Assembly (NCBI GenBank): GCA_963842925.1
Contig: CAWJIL010000017.1
Span: 5,423-69,422, forward strand
Source of the DNA: an uncultured delta proteobacterium
GTDB lineage: Bacteria; Desulfobacterota; Desulfobacteria; Desulfobacterales; B30-G6
Length of the DNA stretch: 64,000 nucleotides
Direction: 5' to 3'
Shown here: positions 9,984 through 19,685 of the stretch, in pieces
Layout of the letters: each line of letters starts with the position of its first letter
Position numbering within the stretch: the stretch's first letter is position 1
Position numbers and translations under genes: made by a program
The notes under the pieces: generated by a model
Databases searched by the model: none
What the model was told of the DNA's origin: nothing
The model's input: the letters and a program-made list of their open reading frames with translations, nothing else

Positions 9984-10481
9984 CTATTTTTTGAGCGGAG
10001 CCTGAATTGTAGTGCCGAATTGACCAGCCTCAGCAAATGTGACTTCTACCATTGACTGTTCAAGCCGTGAAAATACCTTACTTGCTGCGCTACGTATGCG
10101 CTTATCTTGCTCGCATTTTCTTGCATAAGCCTCATCAATTGTCTGTGTGACAAGTTTATGATCACAGGGCTTTTCTAAAAACTCAAATGCGCCCTGTTTC
10201 ATTGCTTCAACAGCCATCCGCAGTGTGCCCTGGCCTGACAAAACAATGCACTCCATACGAGGCCTGATTAACTTCAGCCTATGCATAGCGGTAATGCCAT
10301 CTGTGTCCACCATAATGAGGTCTAAAATCGCAATGTCATACTCTTCAGTTTGCGCCCTCTTCAGTGCTTGCTCTGCATCATTGCAGGCGGTCACAATGTA
10401 ACCGGCTAATTCCAAACGCTCTTTCATTGCATCAACAAGTTCTTTTTCGTCATCAACTAATAAAACGTGCGCCTTTTGCAA
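9984..10481 (-). CDS. Response regulator, receiver domain plus a short C-terminal tail
   Basis: VLLVDDEKE, AILDLIMVDTDG, IVLSGQG and FLEKP. AAGGAGAGG lies 5 nt upstream of the TTG at 10481. The ORF in the track is longer (to 10541). Confidence 0.85.
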   Translation of the reverse strand: MQKAHVLLVDDEKELVDAMKERLELAGYIVTACNDAEQALKRAQTEEYDIAILDLIMVDTDGITAMHRLKLIRPRMECIVLSGQGTLRMAVEAMKQGAFEFLEKPCDHKLVTQTIDEAYARKCEQDKRIRSAASKVFSRLEQSMVEVTFAEAGQFGTTIQAPLKK

Positions 10482-10600
10482 AATTCCTCTCCTTCTGTGC
10501 GAACTTATAACTAAAACTTTCCTTCCCCTGATGGCTTTCAAAAGATAGAATTCCTCTACTTACTAAACAAATCCTCTGAAACCAAAATCCACTTACGCTT

Positions 10601-11332
10601 TTATTTGTTTGTTGACAGGCCAAAATCATATTCATGCAATTTTTTCAAATTTTTCAAGTCATCACAAGCCGTTCGATTTCCCAGGCGGCAAGCCTCGTTC
10701 AAAGCCTTTTTCATAAACATCGGCTCATGTAAAATATAATGAGCTATGGCTTTTGCCATATAGATACTGTCCCAATTCGGATATTTCTTTATAAGATGAT
10801 TAAAATAGATCATCAAGATTCGCCATTTTTGTTCTCGTAACAAACGGTATGCCTTAGCAAGGTCTCTACCCGGGTCGATTTCTGAGGTAAGGTATTGGCC
10901 CATTTCTTCTCGATAAGATTCTTTTTCCTCCTCTTTTTCCTGCTTGAAGTCCTCAATCGTAGCTTTGACAAAATCGGAGGGATGGATTTCGACTTTGATC
11001 CGGAGTCGATATCTTGTGAGATTCCCAACTGTTTCTCGTCTTTCCTCCAATACTTCGGTCTGTATCTCCCTGGCCGCAAGGCAGTATATTTCATCTTTTT
11101 CTTGGTCATCAAGCCCAATAAGACTTTTACGTGAAAGGTATCTTCCAGCCAGGTCCACAGCCTTTTTCTTTGCAATGAAAAGAGCCATTTCTTTTGCTGA
11201 ATCATTTGAGGAGCCAATCGCTATTGGATAACTGCCCGCAGTCTCAATTTCAAAAATATCATCTTCCGCAGCTGAGGCAACACTGTAGATGGAAAACAGA
11301 ATTAAGAAAACTATTATAATAAAATCACGCAT
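10601..11332 (-). CDS. Secreted hypothetical protein with a Sel1/TPR-like C-terminus
   Basis: Signal peptide MRDFIIIVFLILFSIYSVASA at the internal start, and a C-terminal ACRLGNRTACDDL motif. Confidence 0.65.
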   Translation of the reverse strand: MRDFIIIVFLILFSIYSVASAAEDDIFEIETAGSYPIAIGSSNDSAKEMALFIAKKKAVDLAGRYLSRKSLIGLDDQEKDEIYCLAAREIQTEVLEERRETVGNLTRYRLRIKVEIHPSDFVKATIEDFKQEKEEEKESYREEMGQYLTSEIDPGRDLAKAYRLLREQKWRILMIYFNHLIKKYPNWDSIYMAKAIAHYILHEPMFMKKALNEACRLGNRTACDDLKNLKKLHEYDFGLSTNK

Positions 11333-11390
11333 CACTATCAATTTATTCTCCCAAAACTTCACACCCGAACATGATGAATGCCCGAACAAT

Positions 11391-11885
11391 CTATTTCTCC
11401 TCATTATCCAGACGAGCTAACGCTTTGAGTATGCCCAATGGAGACGAACCGATCGACAGCTTCTGAATTTCTTGGTTTCGCTTGGCATTCTGCGCAAATT
11501 TTCTTTTTAGTCTGGCTTCGTAGGCATCCTTGATGGTTTCAACGAAATTTTCAAAGGCATAGGGTTTTTCAAGATATTTAAAGGCACCTAGTTTTGTGCT
11601 CTCAACGGCCGAATCGATCGTCGCATGACCGGTCAAAATAATAATTTCAAGATATTTATGCCTGTCCTTAAGGTTCTTCAAGACTTGAACACCGTCCATC
11701 CCAGGCATCTGAAGGTCTACAACCGCTACATCAAAGAAACCATTTTCAGCGCATGCGATGGCCTCTTCTCCGTTTGAAGCACCGGTAACATCAAAGTTTT
11801 GGAGCCCAAGTCGCCTGGAGATGGACTGCAAAAATTTAACCTCGTCATCAACCATCAATAGCTTTATTTTGTTTTCAGTGCTCAT
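11391..11885 (-). CDS. Single-domain response regulator (164 aa), paralog of 19191-19685
   Basis: LLMVDDE, AVVDLQMPGMDG, ILTGHAT and YLEKP. It is ~80% identical at the protein level to the 19191-19685 product. Confidence 0.92.
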   Translation of the reverse strand: MSTENKIKLLMVDDEVKFLQSISRRLGLQNFDVTGASNGEEAIACAENGFFDVAVVDLQMPGMDGVQVLKNLKDRHKYLEIIILTGHATIDSAVESTKLGAFKYLEKPYAFENFVETIKDAYEARLKRKFAQNAKRNQEIQKLSIGSSPLGILKALARLDNEEK

Positions 11886-11938
11886 GGCATCCTCCCTCCC
11901 TTCTGCTCATGCAAAATGTGCCCTAATCATGGGCGCCA

Positions 11939-12601
11939 TTATTTTTCTGTTTTAATAGTTTCTGGTATAATGATATCGAAAGATTGAAAATCATCGGTTA
12001 TAAAAACCTTGGCATCAATTGACGTAGCGATTGCAAAGACTTTATCGACCGGAAATTTCCCATCGTATAATTCTCCAAGATCTGAAAAGGTTATTCTGAC
12101 GCCGTCGTTTTTATCCGGGTATACGGAGATCTGAATCTCTTCTCCCGGGCCCGTTGCCTTAAATGCAAATACTATTGCCTCATATATCAGCTGTTGGAGC
12201 TTAAAGGGGCATGTCAAAATCATCAGTTTAGCGTCTTGGGGAGGATTAACCCGGATCCTGCTCGCATAACTCAAGAAACCGGCAATATTGATCATCAGCC
12301 TCAGTACATCTAAGAGATTTAGACGTTTAACCGACGTATCCACACTGTGAGAAAAGGTATTCATCTGCCTAACGGTTGCAAAGCCGCGTTGAATTTCTTC
12401 TTCAATATCCTGGCTGCACGTTCTGAACATGTCTATATCGATCTTTTTCCCTTTTTCCACCAATGCCGTCAGGTCATTTAAGAGTCCGGCTGTTTCAGAA
12501 ATGATGGCAAGAATATTTTTCAGCTCATGCGATATGTCGGCATTGATTTTCCCAAAAAACGCCAGGTCTTGGTCATTTTGAATTTCAATGGCATTGTTCA
12601 T
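11939..12601 (-). CDS. Histidine-kinase-like protein: HisKA dimerisation/phosphoacceptor domain with a degenerate ATP-binding domain
   Basis: An H-box, DISHELKNILAIISETAGLL, is present. I could not find N, G1 or G2 boxes in the C-terminal half. It has no TM or sensor domain. Confidence 0.7.
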   Translation of the reverse strand: MNNAIEIQNDQDLAFFGKINADISHELKNILAIISETAGLLNDLTALVEKGKKIDIDMFRTCSQDIEEEIQRGFATVRQMNTFSHSVDTSVKRLNLLDVLRLMINIAGFLSYASRIRVNPPQDAKLMILTCPFKLQQLIYEAIVFAFKATGPGEEIQISVYPDKNDGVRITFSDLGELYDGKFPVDKVFAIATSIDAKVFITDDFQSFDIIIPETIKTEK

Positions 12602-12702
12602 GACGTCTCCTTCTACTTTTTTGCATTCTCGAAATAAAGAGATTAAACACTAATGCTGGCCCTCCAGAAAATTGAACCATCGGGTCCTGAATATGTGATC
12701 AT

Positions 12703-13053
12703 CTATTCGACTACCTTGTGCAGAATTTTTATTAACGTTTCAATATGAAGTGGTTTCGATAGATAACAAGCGGCTTCCGCTGAACCAATCTTGAAATCGC
12801 TTTCTGAGCCATGACCGGTGAGGAAAATAATTTTCATTCCGGGATTCAAATCTATCAATTTCCGTTTTAACCTGATCCCACCGATTCCCGGCATCTTGAC
12901 ATCCAGGATAGCCACGTCGTATCGGTTTATTTCGGTTTTTTTCACGGCGTCTTCGCCTGTAAAAACAACATCGACATCAATTCCACGTAATGCCAGTCGT
13001 TTGGACAGCATTATGGCGAATTTCTTCTCATCATCCACTAAAAGAATTTTCAT
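12703..13053 (-). CDS. Single-domain response regulator (116 aa)
   Basis: ILLVDDEKK, AILDVKMPGIGG, FLTGHG and YLSKP. Its start overlaps the kinase gene end by 23 nt. Confidence 0.92.
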   Translation of the reverse strand: MKILLVDDEKKFAIMLSKRLALRGIDVDVVFTGEDAVKKTEINRYDVAILDVKMPGIGGIRLKRKLIDLNPGMKIIFLTGHGSESDFKIGSAEAACYLSKPLHIETLIKILHKVVE

Positions 13054-14812
13054 CGTCGCGCAATTCCTCCTGAGTACGAATCGGCAGGGTTATGGTAAAA
13101 GTTGTGCCTTCATTCTGTTTGCTCTTTACCATAATCTCTCCATGAAGCTTTTTAATAAGCCCGCTCGTAATGGCGAGTCCTAGCCCGGTTCCCACACCCT
13201 GTTCTTTTGTGGTAAAAAAAGGTTCGAATATTTTCGGCAGGACTTCTTCCGGCATACCACAGCCATTGTCACTTATGGAAATGACAGCGCTGTCAAGCCC
13301 ATCGCGCTCGGCCGTGATCTCCAGCCAGCACCCATCATTCAAGGCCTGAAAAGCATTGTTAACCAAATTAAGCAGGATCTGCTGTAATTTTCCACGGTCA
13401 CTTTCAATTTCGATATCTTCTTCCGGCATGTCCACTTTCACGTTGATATTTCGATATTCGGCCTCCTTATTGTGAAACGCAAGCACATCGGTAATGATCT
13501 CTTTAAGATTGATTTTTTGAATTCTGATATCGAATTTCCGAGAAAACCCTAGAAGTTGCCCGGTGATTCGACCACAACGTTCCACTGCTTCCAGGATGGC
13601 GTCAATGTTCTCTATCAATTCGTCATCCTGTCGATATTTTTTTGCAATGACGAAAAGATCCTTTATGTAGCCAGCGGTTTCGTTTATCAATGCCAGCGGG
13701 TTGTTGATCTCGTGGGCAACACCTGCTGCCAACTGGCCGATTGACGCTAACTGATTGTTCTGTTCCACCAGCGTCAGGGTTTCAGCCTTGCTTTTATCCG
13801 CCAGAAACATCTTATTGACCATGAATGTACATGTAAGGGTGATGACAATGAAAATAACTATGACACATATCGCCACAAACCAGCTGATATTTGAAAATAA
13901 ATCATCCCATACACCCATCATGCCTTCCTTCTGTTTGATCACCATGAGAATAAAAGGGGTATCGGCAATTTGGGTGGAAATAAAAGCATAACCCGCTATT
14001 GATTGCCCTTGCCCATCACTAATTGTAACAGTTTGTGTTCCTGTAGAATATTTAGGTATGGGCAGAAGTGTCAACGGCTCAAAGATGTTGCCGTAGTGTT
14101 TTGAGGGAGTTTGTATGATTCCGGACCGGTTTATCAGAAAAATATCTGCATGTTTGCCGGTTTCATATGAAGTCAGCGTTTGTATAAGTCTTTCTGTTTC
14201 GAGGGTGGCGCGTAAGATAAAAAAGGTATTGTCCTCACGATAGGACTTCACCGCAATGATGATATGAGGTACGTCGCGATATCCTCGAAATATCTCACTA
14301 ACATAATAATTATTTTTTCGGCATTCGATGAACCATTTTTGGTCGCTGTAATTTCTTCCCTCAAAACTGAAAGGACCAGCATAGGCAATTTGGGTACCAC
14401 TTGGAGATATAACGCTCAAGTCAGATAATCCACCGAAACCCAGTTTTATGTTTCTGAGGATTTCAGACAGGGCCTCTGAATTTGTCAGCTGTGTATACTC
14501 AATTTCATTGACGGTGAATCTCAAAGCATTGAGCCGTTCTTCTAAAAAGAAAGTCACAGCACTTCTTGCATTGGAGGTCAATCGTTCAGTACGCAGAGCA
14601 AATTCCAAATCAACCGATTTTTGGATTAGCTGGTAGTTAATAATAATGACGGCTATCAACGGAACCAATGCTGCCATGCCAAGAACCAATATGCCGATAC
14701 CCCAGATTCTGTTATAATTCGCGAACGTGAAATAGGGGTTCAAAAGCTCATAAGGCTGGTGATTAAATTCCAGACGTACCAACTGCAATATGCTGCGAAA
14801 TACGCCTCTCAT
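13031..14812 (-). CDS. Membrane sensor histidine kinase with a periplasmic Cache-like domain (593 aa)
   Basis: TM, a ~270 aa extracytoplasmic domain, TM, H-box AAGVAHEINNPLA, N-box LLNLVNNAFQA, G1 ISDNGCGM and G2 GTGLGLAI. Confidence 0.93.
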   Translation of the reverse strand: MRGVFRSILQLVRLEFNHQPYELLNPYFTFANYNRIWGIGILVLGMAALVPLIAVIIINYQLIQKSVDLEFALRTERLTSNARSAVTFFLEERLNALRFTVNEIEYTQLTNSEALSEILRNIKLGFGGLSDLSVISPSGTQIAYAGPFSFEGRNYSDQKWFIECRKNNYYVSEIFRGYRDVPHIIIAVKSYREDNTFFILRATLETERLIQTLTSYETGKHADIFLINRSGIIQTPSKHYGNIFEPLTLLPIPKYSTGTQTVTISDGQGQSIAGYAFISTQIADTPFILMVIKQKEGMMGVWDDLFSNISWFVAICVIVIFIVITLTCTFMVNKMFLADKSKAETLTLVEQNNQLASIGQLAAGVAHEINNPLALINETAGYIKDLFVIAKKYRQDDELIENIDAILEAVERCGRITGQLLGFSRKFDIRIQKINLKEIITDVLAFHNKEAEYRNINVKVDMPEEDIEIESDRGKLQQILLNLVNNAFQALNDGCWLEITAERDGLDSAVISISDNGCGMPEEVLPKIFEPFFTTKEQGVGTGLGLAITSGLIKKLHGEIMVKSKQNEGTTFTITLPIRTQEELRDDENSFSG

Positions 14813-15180
14813 GCAGACATCCCTCTGATTTGTCCTAAAATCGTCATCAGCGCTTCAATGCCTAAGGGTTTGTGAATAAATGCGTAGGCACCTTGTCGCA
14901 TGCACTCGACGCGATCTTTTTCCGTCCCATGTCCGGTCAATATGATGACGGGCATCATAGCGCAACACGCCTTTATGCGAGTCAAAACTTCGGTACCATA
15001 CATATCCGGCAGGTGAAGGTCCAGTAGCGTAAGAAAGAATTGTTTGTGTTTTATAATCTCCAGCGCCTGTTTCCCGCTGTAACAGATCTCGCATACACAG
15101 CCTCGAAGATTCAATCGTTTGGCAAGCATGTTTGCGTACCGTTTTTCATCGTCAACAATTAATATATTGTAATGTGTCAT
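14809..15180 (-). CDS. Single-domain response regulator (123 aa)
   Basis: ILIVDDEKR, TLLDLHLPDMYG, ILTGHG and FIHKP. ATGA overlap with the kinase start. Confidence 0.92.
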   Translation of the reverse strand: MTHYNILIVDDEKRYANMLAKRLNLRGCVCEICYSGKQALEIIKHKQFFLTLLDLHLPDMYGTEVLTRIKACCAMMPVIILTGHGTEKDRVECMRQGAYAFIHKPLGIEALMTILGQIRGMSA

Positions 15181-15199
15181 TATGCAACTTATTTTTATA

Positions 15200-15228
15200 T
15201 TGACTGTATCATAATTTTATTTTATAGC
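15200..15228 (+). promoter_or_regulatory. Possible sigma-70 promoter for the TauE operon
   Basis: TTGACT, a 17 nt spacer, then TATAGC, about 55 nt upstream of the ATG at 15283 in an AT-rich divergent intergenic region. Confidence 0.35.
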
Positions 15229-15282
15229 ACAATATATATAAAATAGTTTCATTTGTAAACATTTATTTGAAAGGTTGATTAA

Positions 15283-16260
15283 ATGTTAAACGATCGAGTT
15301 CTTTCGCTGAGCCGGTGGATGGTGTCTATATCTGTATTGGTCCTGAGTAACCCGATGGCAGCATATGCTGTGGAGCAAACGGCGGCTATCGACTCGGCTA
15401 AACCCTGGTGGTTTTGGCCGATTGTTCTGTTTTTTTTCTGTCTTGGCCTCGGCATACTGGCTGTAATGGCAGGCGTCGGCGGCGGTGTTCTTTATGTGCC
15501 GCTAGTGAGTGGCTTTTTCCCCTTTCACATTGATTTCGTCAGGGGAATCGGGCTTATGGTCGCGCTGGCCGGCGCATTGGCAGCCGGTCCGGGTTTACTC
15601 CGGCGCAACCTGGCAAATCTGAGACTCGCCCTGCCGGTGGCCCTCATCGCCTCTACCTTTTCTGTTGCCGGCGCGATGCTCGGGCTCTATCTGTCCGCAT
15701 TGAACCCAAACATCATCCAAGCCTGTTTGGGTGTAACCATCGTAGGCATAGCGACTTTGTTGGTTTTTTCAAAAAACACTGAAAAACCGGTCGTAACAAA
15801 GCAAGATGCCATAGGATTGGCCCTGGGGTTGGGAGGGGCCTACTGGGATGACGGCGCCCGTGAAGTCGTGGAATGGAAAACCCATAGAACTTTCCTGGGA
15901 TTGTGTATGTTTATCCTGGTGGGCCTTGTGGCCGGCATGTTCGGGCTCGGTGCCGGATGGGCCAACGTGCCGGTTCTCAACCTGCTGATGGGTGTTCCTT
16001 TAAAGGTTTCCGTGGCAACCAGCAAGTTTTTATTATCCATTACCGATACATCAGCAGCCTGGATATATTTGAACAGGGGATGTGTTATCCCGCTAATAGG
16101 GATTCCTTCCATTGTGGGATTGATGCTGGGCTCCCTCATTGGTGTTAAAATCCTCGCCGTTGCAAAGCCAAAAATGATACGCTATATTGTTATCATCGTT
16201 CTGTTTTTTGCAGGAATGAAAGCCATTGACAAAGGATTGGGTCTGGGGTTGCTGGGATAA
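15283..16260 (+). CDS. TauE/SafE-family anion (sulfite/sulfonate-type) exporter
   Basis: Polytopic, with GVGGGVLYVPL and GLGAGWANVP repeats typical of PF01925-type proteins. Confidence 0.8.
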   Translation: MLNDRVLSLSRWMVSISVLVLSNPMAAYAVEQTAAIDSAKPWWFWPIVLFFFCLGLGILAVMAGVGGGVLYVPLVSGFFPFHIDFVRGIGLMVALAGALAAGPGLLRRNLANLRLALPVALIASTFSVAGAMLGLYLSALNPNIIQACLGVTIVGIATLLVFSKNTEKPVVTKQDAIGLALGLGGAYWDDGAREVVEWKTHRTFLGLCMFILVGLVAGMFGLGAGWANVPVLNLLMGVPLKVSVATSKFLLSITDTSAAWIYLNRGCVIPLIGIPSIVGLMLGSLIGVKILAVAKPKMIRYIVIIVLFFAGMKAIDKGLGLGLLG

Positions 16261-16290
16261 CGATAAAACCGCTGAAACAGGGAGCAACGC

Positions 16291-16722
16291 ATGCAAAACA
16301 GCGATAAAGAACAGAATGTTAAGGCGTCACGGGAACAAATTATCTACGCCAACCTACTGATTATTGGTGTATGGACTGGAATTGCTGTTCTTGTGACAAC
16401 CTATGCGATATATTTGGTCGGATTATTGCCTTCCCACGTCGATATGTCATTGATTCCAACTATTTGGGACAAAAGCGTCACCGAGTATCTGGAGATTACC
16501 CATTCTCCCCATGGGTGGGGCTGGATCACCTTGCTGGCAAAAGGGGACTTTCTCAACTACATCGGTTTGGCCCTGCTTGCCCTGATGACCATTTTTTGCT
16601 TTCTGGTATTGCTCAGGGGCTATCTCCGTCAGAAAAACTGGATTTTCGCGGTCATTGCATTCCTGGAAATCGCGGTGTTGTCGATTGCAGCTTCCGGAAT
16701 TTTGGGAAGTGGTGGCCATTAA
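16291..16722 (+). CDS. DUF1634-type membrane protein (usual TauE partner)
   Basis: A 143 aa protein with 4 TM segments immediately after a TauE gene. The family call is from memory of this gene pairing. Confidence 0.6.
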   Translation: MQNSDKEQNVKASREQIIYANLLIIGVWTGIAVLVTTYAIYLVGLLPSHVDMSLIPTIWDKSVTEYLEITHSPHGWGWITLLAKGDFLNYIGLALLALMTIFCFLVLLRGYLRQKNWIFAVIAFLEIAVLSIAASGILGSGGH

Positions 16723-16837
16723 GTTAAGGTGCGTCATTGCTGCCACCAAAAAAAATGACCCTTTTCCCGAGCATTGTCAGGGGATAAACATCGTTTTTTT
16801 AAATGACACCATATCTGGAATTATTTAAAGGTGAAAC

Positions 16838-17644
16838 ATGAAAGCAAAGAAAATCAATATCCTACTGGTGGATGACAACGAAAAGTTTTTGAAATCCGTG
16901 GCCGAAAGGGCTCTGATAAAAGGCTTCAACGTTTTTACTGCGACCAACGGACAGCAAGCCCTCGAGATCGGCCAGAAGCAACACTTTCATGTTGCTGTGG
17001 TCGATCAAAAAATGCCCGATATGGATGGCCTGGTGGTGATCACCAAGTTAAAGGAATTATCGCCCGACATCAAAACGATCCTCTTGACAGGCCATGGCGA
17101 TGAAAAACTTAAAGAAACTACCCAAGCGCTCAATTCCTCCTTTTTTCACAAATCGGAAATGGGAAAATTCTGGACGTTCTTGTCGAATCTTCCTTTAGGA
17201 GGCATCAATATCCTCCTAGTGGACGACAACAAAAATTTCCTTGAGAAGCTGGCCGAGCGAATCCGGCTGAAAGGATATGAACCCTATTCGGCACTAAATG
17301 GGCATGAGGCCATCGAAATTACACGAACCACCAAAATCCATTTGGCCGTCGTCGATCAGCGAATGCCGGATATGGACGGTTTGGTGGTGATTACAAAGCT
17401 CAAAGAAATCGATGCTGGCATCAAAACCTTGCTGTTGACAGCTCACGGTGACGAAAAACTTCAAGAGGCCACGGAAGCCCTCAACGCATCCTATTTCGAA
17501 AAAGAGAACATGGGAAAATTCTGGGGTTTTGTAAGGAAAACCCTGCAAAGTCTTGAAAATTCCATGGCAGCTGCAGGGATGGCGAACGGCGGAAACATTG
17601 AAGACGCCATCGATATCGAATCTCATCACACAAAAAGGAAATAG
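16838..17644 (+). CDS. Tandem double-receiver protein (REC-REC, 268 aa)
   Basis: Two ~125 aa receiver repeats of the same subtype: ILLVDDN.KFL...AVVDQ[KR]MPDMDGLVVITKLKE...LLT[GA]HGDEKL...FWxF. Confidence 0.9.
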   Translation: MKAKKINILLVDDNEKFLKSVAERALIKGFNVFTATNGQQALEIGQKQHFHVAVVDQKMPDMDGLVVITKLKELSPDIKTILLTGHGDEKLKETTQALNSSFFHKSEMGKFWTFLSNLPLGGINILLVDDNKNFLEKLAERIRLKGYEPYSALNGHEAIEITRTTKIHLAVVDQRMPDMDGLVVITKLKEIDAGIKTLLLTAHGDEKLQEATEALNASYFEKENMGKFWGFVRKTLQSLENSMAAAGMANGGNIEDAIDIESHHTKRK

Positions 17645-17653
17645 TTCGAAAAA

Positions 17654-19117
17654 ATGTCGGACATAATCAAAAAAATACTGTTGGTGGATAACGAGGATAA
17701 ATTTCTAAATTCCATCGCGAAACGCTTTAAGATAATGGGCTTTGATCCACTCAAAGCATCCAGCGGTCAGGAAGCCTTGGCACTTGCCAAAAACAATCCC
17801 ATCGATCTCGCCATTGTGGATCTGAAAATGCCGGGCATGGATGGCTTGGTGACCATTACCAAGTTAAAAGAAATCTATCCGGATCTACGATCGGTGCTAT
17901 TAACCGGTTATGGCAGTGAAAAAGTCAAACAGGCCACCGAAGCTATTAACAGCACCTTTTTCGAAAAGGACCACATGCACGCTTTTTGGGATTTTATTAG
18001 CAAAAGCCATAAACACGGCAATACCATTGTGATTACGCCGCCTTCCAACACAGGGGATGACGATATGGGCGGCAATACAGAGATGTTTCGTCCGGGAAAG
18101 GTTGAGATCATCTCTGACCAGATGTCAAAATCGGGTATTCAGAACACGACAACCCAACGGAGAGCGGCTGTCACCAATTCGTCTGAGCGCTTACGAATGA
18201 TCGGCGAAACCCATGTCATGCAGGAACTGAGACGGAATATCGAAAGGGTGGCGATGCTGGACTGTACGGTTATTTTTCGTGGAGAGACCGGCACCGGAAA
18301 AGAATTGGCGGCCAGGATCATTCATAATTCAAGTCCCAGAAAAAATCATCGCTTTATTGCATTTAACTGCGGGTGTTTCAGCAATGACCTGATCATTGAG
18401 GAACTTTTCAAACAAGGAAGGAATGTTTTTTCAGAAAACGTACATCCGAACCAATATGATGCTCGAACTGAATCCGGCGGGACGATTCTACTGGATCAAA
18501 TCGAAGATATGCCCATGAAAATGCAGCTTTCCATGTTGAAGATAATTGACAATAAAGAAGCGTTTCGGGAGGAAAGCACCCATCGTTTTCCGTTCGATGT
18601 GCGAATTCTCGTTGCCAGCCGTTACAGTCTTGAGAAACTGGTAGAAGAAGGAAAGTTCAGAGAAGAGCTTTATCATCGATTAAATCTAATGGAGCTTTTC
18701 ATCCCGCCTCTGCGCGAGCGGAGGGACGACATACTTCCCTTGTCCGGCTACTTTCTCGATAAATATGCTTTAGACTTTAAAAAACCGGTCGAATCTATCT
18801 CAGACGAGGTCATCTCTGTCTTTATGGCCTATGATTTCCCGGGAAACGTCAGGGAGCTTGAGCACGTCATTGAACGTGCCGTCATTCTTTCCGATGGCCA
18901 AGCGATAGAAACCAAACACCTGCCCGTCCGTTTTCAAACGACAGCCACATCGACCCCACCGGCTGCGGACAGTATCATGACGCTTGCTGACATGGAAAGA
19001 AACCACATTCTCAAGGCATTGAAAGCAACCGGGGGAAACAAATCAAAAACATCTGAATTGCTTGGGATAAGCCGTTCAGCGCTTTGGAGAAAATTGAGCA
19101 CCATTGATAACAGATGA
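17654..19117 (+). CDS. NtrC-family REC-AAA+-HTH regulator with a degenerate sigma-54 contact loop and Walker B
   Basis: REC of the same subtype as the upstream gene. Walker A GETGTGKE. The GAFTGA position reads NVFSEN. Walker B reads TILLDQIED (DQ instead of DE). GNVRELEH and a C-terminal HTH LLGISRSALWRKL are present. Confidence 0.9.
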   Translation: MSDIIKKILLVDNEDKFLNSIAKRFKIMGFDPLKASSGQEALALAKNNPIDLAIVDLKMPGMDGLVTITKLKEIYPDLRSVLLTGYGSEKVKQATEAINSTFFEKDHMHAFWDFISKSHKHGNTIVITPPSNTGDDDMGGNTEMFRPGKVEIISDQMSKSGIQNTTTQRRAAVTNSSERLRMIGETHVMQELRRNIERVAMLDCTVIFRGETGTGKELAARIIHNSSPRKNHRFIAFNCGCFSNDLIIEELFKQGRNVFSENVHPNQYDARTESGGTILLDQIEDMPMKMQLSMLKIIDNKEAFREESTHRFPFDVRILVASRYSLEKLVEEGKFREELYHRLNLMELFIPPLRERRDDILPLSGYFLDKYALDFKKPVESISDEVISVFMAYDFPGNVRELEHVIERAVILSDGQAIETKHLPVRFQTTATSTPPAADSIMTLADMERNHILKALKATGGNKSKTSELLGISRSALWRKLSTIDNR

Positions 19118-19190
19118 ATGTGTCAATAGATTTTAAGTAGATTTATCCTCCCAAGAGTTCACGCTCGAACATGATGAATGCCTGAACAAT

Positions 19191-19685
19191 CTATTTTTCC
19201 TCATCATCCAGGCTGGCCAATGCCTTGAGTATGCCCAACGGAGACGAACCGATCGACAGCTTCTGAATTTCTTTGTTTCGCTTTGTGTTATGCGCAAATT
19301 TTCTTTGTAATCTTGCCTCGTATGCTTCCTTAATGGCTTCAACAAGTTTTTCAAACGCATATGGTTTTTCAAGATATTTAAACGCACCCAGTTTTGTGGA
19401 TTCAACCGCCGAATCGATCGTTGCATGACCGGTCAAAATAATAATTTCAAGATATTTATGTCTGTCTTTCAGTGTCTTTAATAGTTGGGCACCAGCCATT
19501 CCAGGCATATCAACGTCTACAATAGCCACATCGAAAAAGCCATTTTCAGCAGACACAATCGCTTCTTTGCCGTTCGAGGCGGTGGTGACATCAAAGTTCT
19601 GGAGTTCAAACCGACTGGAGATGGCCTTTAAAAATTCAACTTCGTCATCGACGATAAGGAGCTTAATTTTATTTTCAGTGCTCAT
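19191..19685 (-). CDS. Single-domain response regulator (164 aa), paralog of 11391-11885
   Basis: LLIVDDE, AIVDVDMPGMAG, ILTGHAT and YLEKP. Confidence 0.92.
   Translation of the reverse strand: MSTENKIKLLIVDDEVEFLKAISSRFELQNFDVTTASNGKEAIVSAENGFFDVAIVDVDMPGMAGAQLLKTLKDRHKYLEIIILTGHATIDSAVESTKLGAFKYLEKPYAFEKLVEAIKEAYEARLQRKFAHNTKRNKEIQKLSIGSSPLGILKALASLDDEEK

Noticed and set aside
11886-11938. Sigma-54-like GGCAC-ATTT-TGCAT upstream of the 164 aa receiver gene
   Set aside because: The GG-to-GC spacing is 2 nt too short for a -24/-12 promoter.
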